A stretch of 64,000 nt of DNA from a virus. Each line of letters opens with the position of its first letter. Positions within the stretch are counted from its first letter, which is position 1. The DNA lies in IMG/VR virus record IMGVR_UViG_3300023174_000090, positions 1 through 64,000 of that record. One strand, written 5' to 3'. The notes under the pieces are model-generated. The model was not told where the DNA came from, did not search any database, and saw only the letters and a program-made list of their open reading frames with translations. A program made the translations under genes and the position numbers. This document shows, piece after piece, positions 1 through 9,407 of this stretch.

Positions 1-126
1 TGGCCTTATGGAGATCATGAGATAAGAAATCGAGTAGAGCCTTTAAAGAAAGATTATTCTGAGATATTAGGAAAAGACTTCTCTGAAAAAATTAATGAGT
101 CGTTTAAATGGATTAATAGTCTTTAA
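1..126 (+). CDS. 3' end of a sulfotransferase-family protein (partial; paralog of 39301..40119)
   Basis: Frame 1 reads WPYGDHEIRNRVEPLKKDYSEILGKDFSEKINESFKWINSL*, which aligns with the C-terminus of 39301..40119 (DLHTIRSEVIPLNTDYKEVLGKDICNWI). Confidence 0.65.
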   Translation, partial: WPYGDHEIRNRVEPLKKDYSEILGKDFSEKINESFKWINSL

Positions 127-148
127 AAGTTAATATAAACTGATAAAT

Positions 149-185
149 AAACTTAGGAGTGGTTATCTGCTCCTAAGTTTTTTTT
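149..185 (+). terminator. Rho-independent terminator
   Basis: Inverted repeat AAACTTAGGAG...CTCCTAAGTTT followed by a T-run, just after the stop at 126. Confidence 0.8.
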
Positions 186-199
186 GTATAAGTATAATC

Positions 200-367
200 A
201 TGGAAGAACAAAGAATATACAGCACAATTTTAATCAAAAGAAGAGTAAAGGGCGAAGCAGGACCGCCGCCAATGCTTAATAAAGGTGAATTAGCATTCAA
301 CGAAACAAATCAAACTTTATATATTGGATCAAATATGCCAAGTCTTTCAGCCGCAGAAGAATTTTAG
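200..367 (+). CDS. 55-aa protein consisting of a phage fibre N-terminal (Mtd_N/hyaluronidase-like) module; not in ORF track
   Basis: MEEQRIYSTILIKRRVKGEAGPPPMLNKGELAFNETNQTLYIGSNMPSLSAAEEF*; I-x-I-K-R...P..L..GELA.N....L.IG motif shared with the N-terminus of 409..1176; TAAGTA just upstream. Confidence 0.7.
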   Translation: MEEQRIYSTILIKRRVKGEAGPPPMLNKGELAFNETNQTLYIGSNMPSLSAAEEF

Positions 368-408
368 CATTGAAAAAACCAATTTTTTTACTAAATATGT
401 GATATATT

Positions 409-1176
409 ATGCCATCTCTAGGCGAAAGTATCATAAAATTTAAAAGATCAACAATTTCCAATAGAACACCTGATTTATCTGCATTAGAATTGGGTGAATT
501 GGCACTGAATCTTGCTGATGGTAAGATATTTTTTAAAAAAATTAATGATGAAAACGAGTCTCTAATTTCTTTTTTAAATTCTGAGCATAATTTATTTACA
601 TTTAATCAGAATCTAAGTTCATATTCATTTCAATATGGAAATAATATAGCTGATGAAATATTTTCATCAGTTTTTAATGGCATAAATAATAAAGTTTCCG
701 GTGCGGCATCAACAATAACAAATGGAGAAGAGAATGAGATTGATAGTAATTTTTCATTTATAGGTGCAGGATATAATAATAAAATTTTATTAGATTCTAA
801 CAACTCTTTTAATGCCGCAGGATCAAATAATTTAATTCAACACGAAAATGTTTTTACATTAGGATCTAACCTAACTAGTCATGCAGAAAATTTTACATAT
901 GTAAATAATTTAAGTTCTACGGGAAGTTTATATGTAACCAATAATTTAGAAATTAATAACAATCAAGAAACAATTTCTTTATATGTAGGATCAAACAAGG
1001 TTGGAATCAATACAGACAGTCCTACAGAAGCTTTAAGCATTGTGGGTAATGCTAGTATAACACAAGACATAGAAGTAACAGACTTTAACAAAGGTGTAAT
1101 ATTAAGATCACCGAATAACAATAGATGGAGAATTACCGTAAATAACTCAGGACAGTTAATTACGACAGCATTGTAA
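409..1176 (+). CDS. Fibre/virion structural protein
   Basis: N-terminal IKFKRS...P..L..GELALNLADGKIF motif; degenerate 14-aa repeats; FTLGSNLT...TYVNNL and VGINT..P..AL...G modules shared with 33321..37310; C-terminal ILRSPNNNRWRITVNNSG. Confidence 0.65.
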   Translation: MPSLGESIIKFKRSTISNRTPDLSALELGELALNLADGKIFFKKINDENESLISFLNSEHNLFTFNQNLSSYSFQYGNNIADEIFSSVFNGINNKVSGAASTITNGEENEIDSNFSFIGAGYNNKILLDSNNSFNAAGSNNLIQHENVFTLGSNLTSHAENFTYVNNLSSTGSLYVTNNLEINNNQETISLYVGSNKVGINTDSPTEALSIVGNASITQDIEVTDFNKGVILRSPNNNRWRITVNNSGQLITTAL

Positions 1177-1190
1177 TAAGTATATTATAT

Positions 1191-2078
1191 ATGCCTTATC
1201 CATCACAACCAGTTTTACCTAATTCTTTTCATGGCGGTACAACTTTTAATACTCAAATTAAAAGCTATGATCTTTTGGCACAAAGAGTTCGTAGAAGCTT
1301 GGGAGAACCTTTGATTCAAATAGAAATTAGTAGTGAACAAATCTATGAAATGATTGATATTGCAATCGAATATTTCACAAAATTTGCAGGTTTAGAAGAA
1401 GAATATTTAATTTTTAGATCCGATCTGTATAAATCTGGAGTTGGTCTTGAGATTGGAAAATTAATGAATATTACTCCAGACATGTATAATTCAAATACAT
1501 CCAATCCTTCATTAAGTGCTTCTTATGATTATGATTTAGATGATTATAGAAGAGTTGTAGACGTATTTTCATTTGCAGAAGGAAACAATACAGGAGTTAA
1601 TACCCTATTTACTATTGAAAATACAATCGCACAACAAGCTTATTTTGGACATTTATTGGGAAATGTTGGCTATGATTTAGTTACTTGGCAAGCTCTTAAA
1701 ACATGGTTAGATACAAGAGATAAATTATTAGCACTAACTCCATATTTAAGATTCGATCCAGATTCTCAAATATTAAAAATAATTCCAGAACCATCTCAGC
1801 AAAGCAGTACGCCATATTTTGGATTAATAGGCTGTAAAATGCAAAAACCATTGAAATACTTGGTTGGTCAACTGTGGGTTTACAGATATACCCTCGCATT
1901 AACAAAAATTGCAGTTGGACATACAAGAGGTAAATTCAGCGGAACTAACCTTTTCGGAGGACAAGCCGTTAATCATACGGATTTAATGTCTCAAGGAATT
2001 GCGGAAAAGAAAGAATTAGAAGACGAAATTACAAAAGATCTTGTGGACCGCGACCCCATTCGGTTCTTCGTCGGTTAA
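1191..2078 (+). CDS. gp13: Neck protein, T4 gp13-like
   Basis: LAQRVRRSLGEPLIQIEISSEQIYEMIDIAIEYF and C-terminal YTLALTK...G..RGKFSG..L.GG..VN pattern; head-gene context. Confidence 0.85.
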   Translation: MPYPSQPVLPNSFHGGTTFNTQIKSYDLLAQRVRRSLGEPLIQIEISSEQIYEMIDIAIEYFTKFAGLEEEYLIFRSDLYKSGVGLEIGKLMNITPDMYNSNTSNPSLSASYDYDLDDYRRVVDVFSFAEGNNTGVNTLFTIENTIAQQAYFGHLLGNVGYDLVTWQALKTWLDTRDKLLALTPYLRFDPDSQILKIIPEPSQQSSTPYFGLIGCKMQKPLKYLVGQLWVYRYTLALTKIAVGHTRGKFSGTNLFGGQAVNHTDLMSQGIAEKKELEDEITKDLVDRDPIRFFVG

Positions 2079-2080
2079 AA

Positions 2081-2545
2081 ATGAAACCTAAAATTGGTAA
2101 AAAAAATTCAAATTATATTCAAGGAATCTTTAGTATTTCAAATAAACAAAAATATAAAGGTTCTCTTCCTTGTATATATAGATCAAAATTAGAATTAACG
2201 GTATTCAGGTGGTTTGATAATAATCCAAACATATTATCATGGGGATCGGAAAGTGTTGTGGTTCCATATCAGTCTCCTCTAGACGGAAGAATTCACAGAT
2301 ATTTTGTAGATTTAGTTGCTGAGATGAAAGATAGGAATGGTAAAATTAGAAAATTGTTAATCGAAATTAAACCGTATAGGCAAACACTAAAACCGGAATC
2401 AAACAATAATAAAAAAATTAAAACAATTTTATATGAACAAACTCAGTGGGTAACAAATCAGGCTAAGTGGCAGGCTGCATCTGCGTGGGCGTCTAAAAAG
2501 GGCTATGAATTTTTCATTATGACAGAAAAACACATTAATGGTTGA
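2081..2545 (+). CDS. gp4: Head completion nuclease, T4 gp4-like (TnsA-like PD-(D/E)XK)
   Basis: IYRSKLE...WFDNNPNILSWGSESVVVPY.SP.DGRIHRYFVD...LIEIKP...NQAKWQAA motifs. Confidence 0.9.
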   Translation: MKPKIGKKNSNYIQGIFSISNKQKYKGSLPCIYRSKLELTVFRWFDNNPNILSWGSESVVVPYQSPLDGRIHRYFVDLVAEMKDRNGKIRKLLIEIKPYRQTLKPESNNNKKIKTILYEQTQWVTNQAKWQAASAWASKKGYEFFIMTEKHING

Positions 2546-2612
2546 ATTATAATATTTCAAGATAAATATGATAAAAAGAACATTCTTTGTAATAAATATA
2601 AATTAACAACAT

Positions 2613-3287
2613 ATGTCAAAAAATGCCTATAGCCTTTTAGTCGAAGAACCAACCTATGAAGTAAAATACCTCATAGAAGAAAAAAATAAAAACACTCCTT
2701 CTATTTTACATATCCAAGGACCATTCTTAATGGCTAATGAAGCCAACAAAAATAAAAGAGTCTATCCATTAGAAGAAATGGTAAAAGAGGTTGGTCGATA
2801 TACCGATGAAATGATTAGGACTCAGAGAGCTACAGGAGAACTTAATCATCCTTCAAGTCCAGAAATTAATTTAGAGAGAGTTTGTCATGTTGTCACAGAA
2901 TTAAAACAAAATGGTAATATTTTCGAAGGGAAATCCAAAGTTCTTTCAACTCCAATGGGACAGATTGTTAGATCCCTCATTATGGATGGTGTCAAATTAG
3001 GGGTATCCAGTAGAGCATTGGGAAGATTGGATGAAGGTAGAAATGGTGTTAATAAAGTTTCCGATTTTCGATTGGTTGCTGTTGACGTTGTTGCGGACCC
3101 TTCGGTTCCTACTGCATTTGTAAATGGAATTTTAGAATCTAAACAATGGATACTTAATGAAGATGGAAAATTTGCACCAGTGTTTGATCGTTTCGAAAAA
3201 GCTATTTCAAATCTTCCTAGAAGGAATACAGACAAATATCTTACAGAAGAAATTATAAAATTTATAAATTGTTTAAAGACATTGTAA
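2613..3287 (+). CDS. gp21: Prohead core protease, T4 gp21-like
   Basis: IQGPFLMANEANKNKRVYP, GELNHP, STPMGQIVRSL, LGVSSRALG, DVVADPSVPTAFVNGILE. Confidence 0.95.
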   Translation: MSKNAYSLLVEEPTYEVKYLIEEKNKNTPSILHIQGPFLMANEANKNKRVYPLEEMVKEVGRYTDEMIRTQRATGELNHPSSPEINLERVCHVVTELKQNGNIFEGKSKVLSTPMGQIVRSLIMDGVKLGVSSRALGRLDEGRNGVNKVSDFRLVAVDVVADPSVPTAFVNGILESKQWILNEDGKFAPVFDRFEKAISNLPRRNTDKYLTEEIIKFINCLKTL

Positions 3288-3308
3288 ATATTAGAATAAA
3301 TAATAAAT

Positions 3309-3560
3309 ATGAATATAAAAACCTTAATATCAAGTTTCATAGCTCAAATTTGTGAGAAGAAATATGCTACAGCAAATTCTACTCTCAAAAAAATTGTTAC
3401 TGAAAAAGTAAAACAAAAAGTGGAAAAAATTAAAAAGGAAATTGCTCCTAAAAAAGAAAAAAAATCTGTATCAGATAAAAGCAATTCCAAGAAACCAAAA
3501 TCCACAAAAAAATCTTTTAAAAAAAATATTAAAAAAGATTCTAAAAGAGGAATGAAGTAA
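3309..3560 (+). CDS. Small Lys-rich protein in the prohead cluster (possible prohead core protein)
   Basis: 83 aa, very basic, between gp21 and gp22, TAAATA upstream; function inferred from position only. Confidence 0.5.
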   Translation: MNIKTLISSFIAQICEKKYATANSTLKKIVTEKVKQKVEKIKKEIAPKKEKKSVSDKSNSKKPKSTKKSFKKNIKKDSKRGMK

Positions 3561-3581
3561 GAGTAAATAGTAATATATAAT

Positions 3582-4478
3582 ATGGATATCTCATCAATCA
3601 TATCAAATATTGATACAAGCGTTCTCAACGAAGAAACCGCATCTTTAATCGCAGAGGCATTTCAAACCGCTGTAGAAGAAAAGGTAACTGCCAATCTTGA
3701 ATTACAAGTCGAAAAAGCATTGTCCAGACAAGACGAGGAGCATGCTGCAAAACTTGAAAAACTTTTAGAAGCGATTGATGCCGATCATTCCGATAAATTG
3801 CAAAAAGTAGTAGGAGCCATCAATACCAATCATGCTGTTAAGCTCGACAAGTTGGTTTCTTTTTATAGAAAAGCTCTCAATGAACGTGCTGAAAAATTTG
3901 GAAATAAAGTTGTAAATGAACTTAGTACTTTTATTGACAAATATATTCAATCAACTCTTCCTTACACAGAACTCAAGGAAGCTGTTTCCAATACCTATGC
4001 CAAATCACAATTAGATAAGATTAAAGGAATAATTTCCATAGATCCCGAAGCTATTAACGAAAGTGTTAAGGGTGTTATTACTCAGGGTAAAAAGAAGATT
4101 GATAATCTTGAGGAAAGATTAAATGAATCTTATAAAGATAATTTGATTCTTCAAGAAGAACTTGAAAATGCAAAATCTTCACTTCTTTTGGAGCAAAAAA
4201 CAAGAGGCATGTCCAGTTCTAAAAAAGGATATGTTTTAAACTTACTTTCAGATAAATCTCGTTCTTACATCGAAGAAAATTTCAATTATGTAATTGAAAT
4301 GTTCGAAAAAGACGAAACAAAAACCACTAACAAACTTGTAGAGGAAGCTAAAAAAACTTCAATCTCCAAAGATGTTAGAGTTCCTACTAAAGTATTCACA
4401 GAATCTGTTAATACTGAAAATACATCAGAAGTAACTCCCGTAAATAGTTACTTGAGTGCTTTAAAGGAAATTCGATAA
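3582..4478 (+). CDS. gp22: Prohead scaffolding protein, T4 gp22-like
   Basis: Acidic coiled-coil (LNEETASLIAEAFQTAVEEKV), C-terminal VNSYLSAL; lies between protease and MCP. Confidence 0.85.
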   Translation: MDISSIISNIDTSVLNEETASLIAEAFQTAVEEKVTANLELQVEKALSRQDEEHAAKLEKLLEAIDADHSDKLQKVVGAINTNHAVKLDKLVSFYRKALNERAEKFGNKVVNELSTFIDKYIQSTLPYTELKEAVSNTYAKSQLDKIKGIISIDPEAINESVKGVITQGKKKIDNLEERLNESYKDNLILQEELENAKSSLLLEQKTRGMSSSKKGYVLNLLSDKSRSYIEENFNYVIEMFEKDETKTTNKLVEEAKKTSISKDVRVPTKVFTESVNTENTSEVTPVNSYLSALKEIR

Positions 4479-4544
4479 TTTTAAGGTGGAGAAGGTACAA
4501 CGCTTTCTCGAAACGCTAAATCCAAAGGAAAAAATAACAAAAAT

Positions 4545-6020
4545 ATGACTAATGTAAAACCCGCACCCGGATTCATTGACAAATCCCGTGCTAATCAACT
4601 CCTCGAAAAATGGGCACCCGTACTTAATTACTCAAGTGATAAAGTCCGTCCCATTGAAGATGAACACGCTCGCGTGACAACTGCCATGCTCATGGAAAAC
4701 CAAGAGCGTTGGTGTTTGGAGGAAAATGGTAACTTTGCTGGTAACGGTGGAGCTTTCGGTAGTGGAAGCACTATCGGGGGTATTTATACACCTCCCGGTA
4801 GAGTTGGATCGAATGACGGTTATGCCGCCAACGATGCTCGTTTACCAAAGGTTCTTATACCGATGATCAGACGTACCTTCCCAGAGTTGATTACTAACGA
4901 AATTGTTGGTGTCCAACCGATGAGTGGTCCTGTTGGTCTTGCTTTTGCTCTGCGCTACCGCTACGATGCTAATAGCTTGGGTGGAAACGGAGTTGACGGT
5001 TACTCAACCGGACTCGGTCCCACACAATCAAGCAATTACAACGTTGGGAACACAAACTATCAAGTTTCTCGCGCTGGCTCGGATGGTGCTGAACTCGGTT
5101 ATCAATATCTTGATACCCGTTTCACAGGCACTTCAGCTTCATCACTTACCGGAAATACTGATTTCTCGGTTGTTGATCAAGATAGAGGTGTTGCAGCTAT
5201 CCTCAGCCAATTCGAACTCACTGGTAACATTCCTCAAGTAACTGTCGAATTCAGCAAAACCGCCGTCGAGGCTGGCACACGCCGCCTCGCCGCTCGCTGG
5301 TCTGTTGAGCTTGAACAGGACTTGAAAAACATGAACGGTCTCGATATCGACTCTGAATTAACTAACGCTATGTCGTATGAAATTCAGGCTGAAATCGACC
5401 GCGAAATGGTTATCAGAATGATTCAAGTTGCTCTCAATGCAGGTAGCCTTAATGGATATAGCTTCTGGTACGCTCAATCCGCCGACGCACGTTGGTTGGG
5501 TGAGAGAAACAGAGACTTCTACAGCAAAGTTATCGTTGAGGCCAACCGTATTGCTATCCGCAATCGTCGTGGTTCCGCTAACTTCATTATTGCAACACCT
5601 CGCGTGTGTGCAATTCTTGAAATGTTGCCTGAGTTTCAGTGGATGCCAGTAAACGGTAACGTTAACACTCAGCCAACAGGCATTGCCAAAGTTGGTACAT
5701 TGGGTGGACGTTTCGCTGTTTACCGCGACACTCGTACAGATGCTCAATATCTCGCAGGACAAAGACAGAACCCATTAGAGTATGCCTTGTTAGGTTACAA
5801 AGGTACCGAGTATTACGATACTGGTATTGTATATTGTCCGTATATCCCTGTGATGATTCAGCGTACAGTTGGTCCGAATGACTTCTCACCTCGCGTTGGT
5901 CTTATGACTCGTTACGGAGTTGTTGATTATATCTTCGGTGCTGCACTGTACTACCATGTAATCATCGTCAAGGGTCTCGGTCAAGAATTTGCACCTAATC
6001 AGACAGCACTCTATCTGTAA
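4545..6020 (+). CDS. gp23: Major capsid protein, T4 gp23-like
   Basis: LLEKWAPVL, LIPMIRRTFPELITNEIVGVQPMSGPVGLAFALRYRY, RRLAARWSVELEQDL, YCPYIP, PRVGLMTRYG; raised GC/optimised codons. Confidence 0.97.
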   Translation: MTNVKPAPGFIDKSRANQLLEKWAPVLNYSSDKVRPIEDEHARVTTAMLMENQERWCLEENGNFAGNGGAFGSGSTIGGIYTPPGRVGSNDGYAANDARLPKVLIPMIRRTFPELITNEIVGVQPMSGPVGLAFALRYRYDANSLGGNGVDGYSTGLGPTQSSNYNVGNTNYQVSRAGSDGAELGYQYLDTRFTGTSASSLTGNTDFSVVDQDRGVAAILSQFELTGNIPQVTVEFSKTAVEAGTRRLAARWSVELEQDLKNMNGLDIDSELTNAMSYEIQAEIDREMVIRMIQVALNAGSLNGYSFWYAQSADARWLGERNRDFYSKVIVEANRIAIRNRRGSANFIIATPRVCAILEMLPEFQWMPVNGNVNTQPTGIAKVGTLGGRFAVYRDTRTDAQYLAGQRQNPLEYALLGYKGTEYYDTGIVYCPYIPVMIQRTVGPNDFSPRVGLMTRYGVVDYIFGAALYYHVIIVKGLGQEFAPNQTALYL

Positions 6021-6032
6021 GTTCCAAGACTC

Positions 6033-6074
6033 AAAAATTTTACCCATCCTCGAAAGAAGATGGGTAATTTTTTT
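6033..6074 (+). terminator. Rho-independent terminator after gp23
   Basis: TTACCCATC-CTC-GAAA-GAA-GATGGGTAA stem with GAAA loop and T7 tail; A-run on the 5' side. Confidence 0.85.
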
Positions 6075-6124
6075 GTATTTTTTTATTTACTTATGATACA
6101 GATTTGTAATTATAATATATAAAT

Positions 6125-7573
6125 ATGGAAAAAAAATTATGCAAATGTGGATGTGGAATTGAATTAAAAAACATAAAAAATACATATATTTTGGGACACT
6201 CTAATAGATCTCCAGATGTAAAGCTTAAAAAGGCACAAATTTTTTTAAATAAATATGGTGTTGATAATCCTTCCAAACTTAAAGAAGTGAAAGAAAAAAA
6301 AGAAAAAACCAATCTACAAAAATTTGGAACTAAATATGCGTCTCAAAATGATGATATAAAGAAAGAAGTTAAGGAAAAATGGATAGAAAAATATGGCGTT
6401 GATAACCCCTCTAAACTTCCAGAAGTTAGAAAAATCATATCAGAAAAGAGTAAAGCATCTAGAGAAATTGTTAGAGAAAAGACACAAAAATCTTTCTATA
6501 AAACAATTTTAAAACGCTTGTACGAAGAAGGAAAAATGGGAACATTGGAACCGATGTTTGATTATAATGATTATAGAGGTAGGCTTTTTAAATATCCATT
6601 TAAGTGTAAAAAATGCTCTACTACATTTGAAACAAATTTAAGAATTGCATATGAACCATTGAGATGTTTTACATGTAGTCCTAAAATTGACACGGGAGGA
6701 CAATCTATTTTAGAAAAAGAGATATGTGATTATGTTAAAACATTAGATTGTAATATAAAAGAGCAAAATAGAACTATTATATCCCCTTTGGAATTGGATA
6801 TTGTTTCAGAAACTCATAAAATTGCTATAGAAGTAGATGGATTATATTGGCATTCGGAAACATCTGGAAATAAAAATAAATTCTACCATTCAACAAAGAA
6901 AAAATTAACAAATGATGCTGGTTACAAATTAATACAAATATTCGAAGATGAATGGATGGAAAAGCAAAAAACAGTAAAATCCAGACTTAAAAATCTTTTC
7001 AATAAAAACAGTAGAAAAATATATGCCCGAAAATGTATTGTTAAAAAAATTTCATCTGAAATTAAATCAAAATTTTTAAAAAAATATCATATTCAAGGAA
7101 ATGATAAATCCAACATTCATTTAGGATTATACTATAAAAATCGTTTAGTTTCTGTAATGACATTCAATCCTTACCGAATAGCACTTGGAAATACACCCAA
7201 GAAAAATTGCTACGAATTGACAAGACTTTGTTCAATATTTAATTTTTCCATTATAGGGGGTGCATCAAAATTATTGAAATATTTTGAAACTAATTATAAA
7301 CCAAGAGAAATTCTATCATATGCAGATAAAAGATGGTCGGAAGGAAATGTTTATAATTTATTGGGGTTTGATTTTATAGGAACAACTCAACCAAATTATT
7401 GGTACATTATTAAAAACCAAAGAAAGCATAGGTTTGCTTATAGAAAATCAGAGCTTTCAAAACTGTTAAAAACATTTGATAATAACTTAACAGAATGGGA
7501 AAATATGCAACTAAATGGGTATGATAGAATTTGGGATTGTGGACACCTTAAATTTATAAAATCCTATTCTTGA
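6125..7573 (+). CDS. Free-standing Hef-like homing endonuclease
   Basis: N-terminal CxCGCG; repeated KYGVDNPSKL; CxxC..CxxC; ELDI...KIAIEVDGLYWHSE...LIQIFEDEW nuclease; C-terminal IYARKC...YHIQG...GGASKLLKYF...SYADKRWS.G...IWDCG domain. Confidence 0.75.
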   Translation: MEKKLCKCGCGIELKNIKNTYILGHSNRSPDVKLKKAQIFLNKYGVDNPSKLKEVKEKKEKTNLQKFGTKYASQNDDIKKEVKEKWIEKYGVDNPSKLPEVRKIISEKSKASREIVREKTQKSFYKTILKRLYEEGKMGTLEPMFDYNDYRGRLFKYPFKCKKCSTTFETNLRIAYEPLRCFTCSPKIDTGGQSILEKEICDYVKTLDCNIKEQNRTIISPLELDIVSETHKIAIEVDGLYWHSETSGNKNKFYHSTKKKLTNDAGYKLIQIFEDEWMEKQKTVKSRLKNLFNKNSRKIYARKCIVKKISSEIKSKFLKKYHIQGNDKSNIHLGLYYKNRLVSVMTFNPYRIALGNTPKKNCYELTRLCSIFNFSIIGGASKLLKYFETNYKPREILSYADKRWSEGNVYNLLGFDFIGTTQPNYWYIIKNQRKHRFAYRKSELSKLLKTFDNNLTEWENMQLNGYDRIWDCGHLKFIKSYS

Positions 7574-8034
7574 ACATTTCCTTCGATTAATTCAATTTTT
7601 TTTCTAGGCTCTTTATCTTGAATTTTTAATATTTCATCGCGTGTTGCGATAACAATATTATTGGTTTGACTTCCAATATTACCCAATCCTAATTTATTAG
7701 AACTTGCTTCTATATTTGCAACTTCTAAATTGTTTTTATGTTGCTTTGCCTGTAGATTGATTTTATTTAAATGGTCTATGGCTTTTGTGGTTGCTGCTAT
7801 GAGCTGTGCAAGTGCTGAAATTTCCTTCGGATCTTGTCCGGATACTACGCTATCCTTTAAATCGTTTGCTGCTGCTAATCCTATTTCTATGACTTCTGCG
7901 GTTTTGTTGTAAACATATTCTCCTACGTTTTGATCATTGAGATTGGGGGTTGTTTTTTCTATTTTCTTTTGGGATGGCACAGAATCATATTTCAACTGGT
8001 CTATAATGTTATCTATATCATTGTCTTGATCCAT
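7564..8034 (-). CDS. gp16: Terminase small subunit, T4 gp16-like
   Basis: PKEISALAQLIAATTKAIDHLNKINLQ helix and C-terminal QTNNIVIATRDEILK resemble the gp16 TNN..F.GST.EL pattern; TAAATA upstream. Confidence 0.6.
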   Translation of the reverse strand: MDQDNDIDNIIDQLKYDSVPSQKKIEKTTPNLNDQNVGEYVYNKTAEVIEIGLAAANDLKDSVVSGQDPKEISALAQLIAATTKAIDHLNKINLQAKQHKNNLEVANIEASSNKLGLGNIGSQTNNIVIATRDEILKIQDKEPRKKIELIEGNVQE

Positions 8035-8049
8035 ATTTTAAATATTTAC

Positions 8050-8077
8050 TTGTCAACGCATAGAAATATAGTATAGT
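8050..8077 (+). promoter_or_regulatory. sigma70-like promoter
   Basis: TTGTCA-N16-TATAGT, 6 nt upstream of the ATG at 8084. Confidence 0.55.
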
Positions 8078-8083
8078 TTGAGA

Positions 8084-8482
8084 ATGTTTAAAAGCCCAAC
8101 AATAACATTCTCCAAAACTACCGACAGTGCTACATTGCCTGTACAATTAAATATAAGCGATCCGGGATATATTTTAAAATCAGCAACTTCCGGAATTATA
8201 ACAACAGGAGAATTCGTGGAAGTTGAGACTGGATTGCTTATCGAAGATATTATTAAAGGTGTTTGGGCAATGATTCTTCCATTGGAAGATATGGAAAACA
8301 AACACGGAATAACAATCAAAAATAAGGTAATTAATAATTCTTTTAGGGGGGAATTGAAGATTTCTCTTTACAATACTTCAAACAAAGGATATTTTATGGA
8401 GGAGGGGACATCAGTTGCTCAGATTGTATATTTTCCTCTAATGACAATTCAATCAGAATTTAAAAATGAATCACTACAATAA
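8084..8482 (+). CDS. Trimeric dUTPase-fold protein with degenerate catalytic motifs
   Basis: ATLP...GYILKS...VETGL...KHGI...VINNSFRGELKISLYN...EGTSVAQIV follows the dUTPase pattern, but motifs 1-3 are altered and motif 5 is missing. ATG 8084 preferred to the TTG at 8078. Confidence 0.7.
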   Translation: MFKSPTITFSKTTDSATLPVQLNISDPGYILKSATSGIITTGEFVEVETGLLIEDIIKGVWAMILPLEDMENKHGITIKNKVINNSFRGELKISLYNTSNKGYFMEEGTSVAQIVYFPLMTIQSEFKNESLQ

Positions 8483-9407
8483 CCTTTGGGTAGAAAAATA
8501 TCGACCAAAAACTATCGATGAAATAGTTTTGGATGCAGAAACTAGGGAACATTTCGAAGAAATAAAAGAAGATGTCCCGCATCTATTGCTTTACGGTCCT
8601 CCGGGTACTGGCAAAAGCACTTTGGCTAAAATTCTGGTTAATGATGTTTTAAAGTGTCAATATTTGTATATTAATGCTTCTGATGAGAATGGTATCGATA
8701 CTATTAGAAATAAAGTTGTAAGTTTTGCACAAACACGATCAATTGATAGTAACAAGAAGGTTGTCATTCTAGAAGAAGCAGACGGGTTAACAGGCGATTC
8801 TCTTCGCATGTTAAGAAATGTAATGGAAGAGTATAGTTCTACAACAAGATTTCTTTTGACTGCAAATTATCTTAATAAGATTATCGAACCAATTCAGTCT
8901 CGTTGTACATTATTCAAAATTCAACCAACCCTTAAGGGATGTGCCGATAGGTGTATTGATATTCTAAAAAAAGAAAATATCGATCTTTCCCAAGAAGGAT
9001 TTAAAGAATCTTTTGTAAAATTCTTAAAAGAAAGATTTCCAGATTTTAGGAGAATATTGAATGATCTTCAAAGATTTTCTCTGTCTGGAACTTTGATATT
9101 CAATGATGTGAATATTTCAAATTCTTATGTTTCTAGTTTAATGGAAGACTTTCTAATCAATAGAAAATCTTCCACTGAAATTAGAAAAATGATAATTCAA
9201 AATGAGAAATCATTTGATAATGATTATCACAATCTAATGAAGAGCATGTTTGAATATGTTTATAACAATAAAAACATTTCAGAAAAACACAAAAAATCTA
9301 TAATGCTCGATATCGGAGAGCATATGTATAGAGACAATTTTGTCGTAGACCATGAAATCAACTTCTTCTGTTGTTTAATGGCTATTGAAAATACTATCTC
9401 TTCTTAG
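8466..9407 (+). CDS. gp44: Clamp loader large subunit, T4 gp44/RFC-like
   Basis: LWVEKYRPKTIDE, GPPGTGKST, INASDENGIDTIR, ILEEADGL, PIQSRC, PDFRRILN. Confidence 0.95.
   Translation: MNHYNNLWVEKYRPKTIDEIVLDAETREHFEEIKEDVPHLLLYGPPGTGKSTLAKILVNDVLKCQYLYINASDENGIDTIRNKVVSFAQTRSIDSNKKVVILEEADGLTGDSLRMLRNVMEEYSSTTRFLLTANYLNKIIEPIQSRCTLFKIQPTLKGCADRCIDILKKENIDLSQEGFKESFVKFLKERFPDFRRILNDLQRFSLSGTLIFNDVNISNSYVSSLMEDFLINRKSSTEIRKMIIQNEKSFDNDYHNLMKSMFEYVYNNKNISEKHKKSIMLDIGEHMYRDNFVVDHEINFFCCLMAIENTISS

Noticed and set aside
4924-5889. Several alternate-frame and antisense ORFs inside gp23
   Set aside because: Explained by the higher GC and codon bias of the capsid gene.
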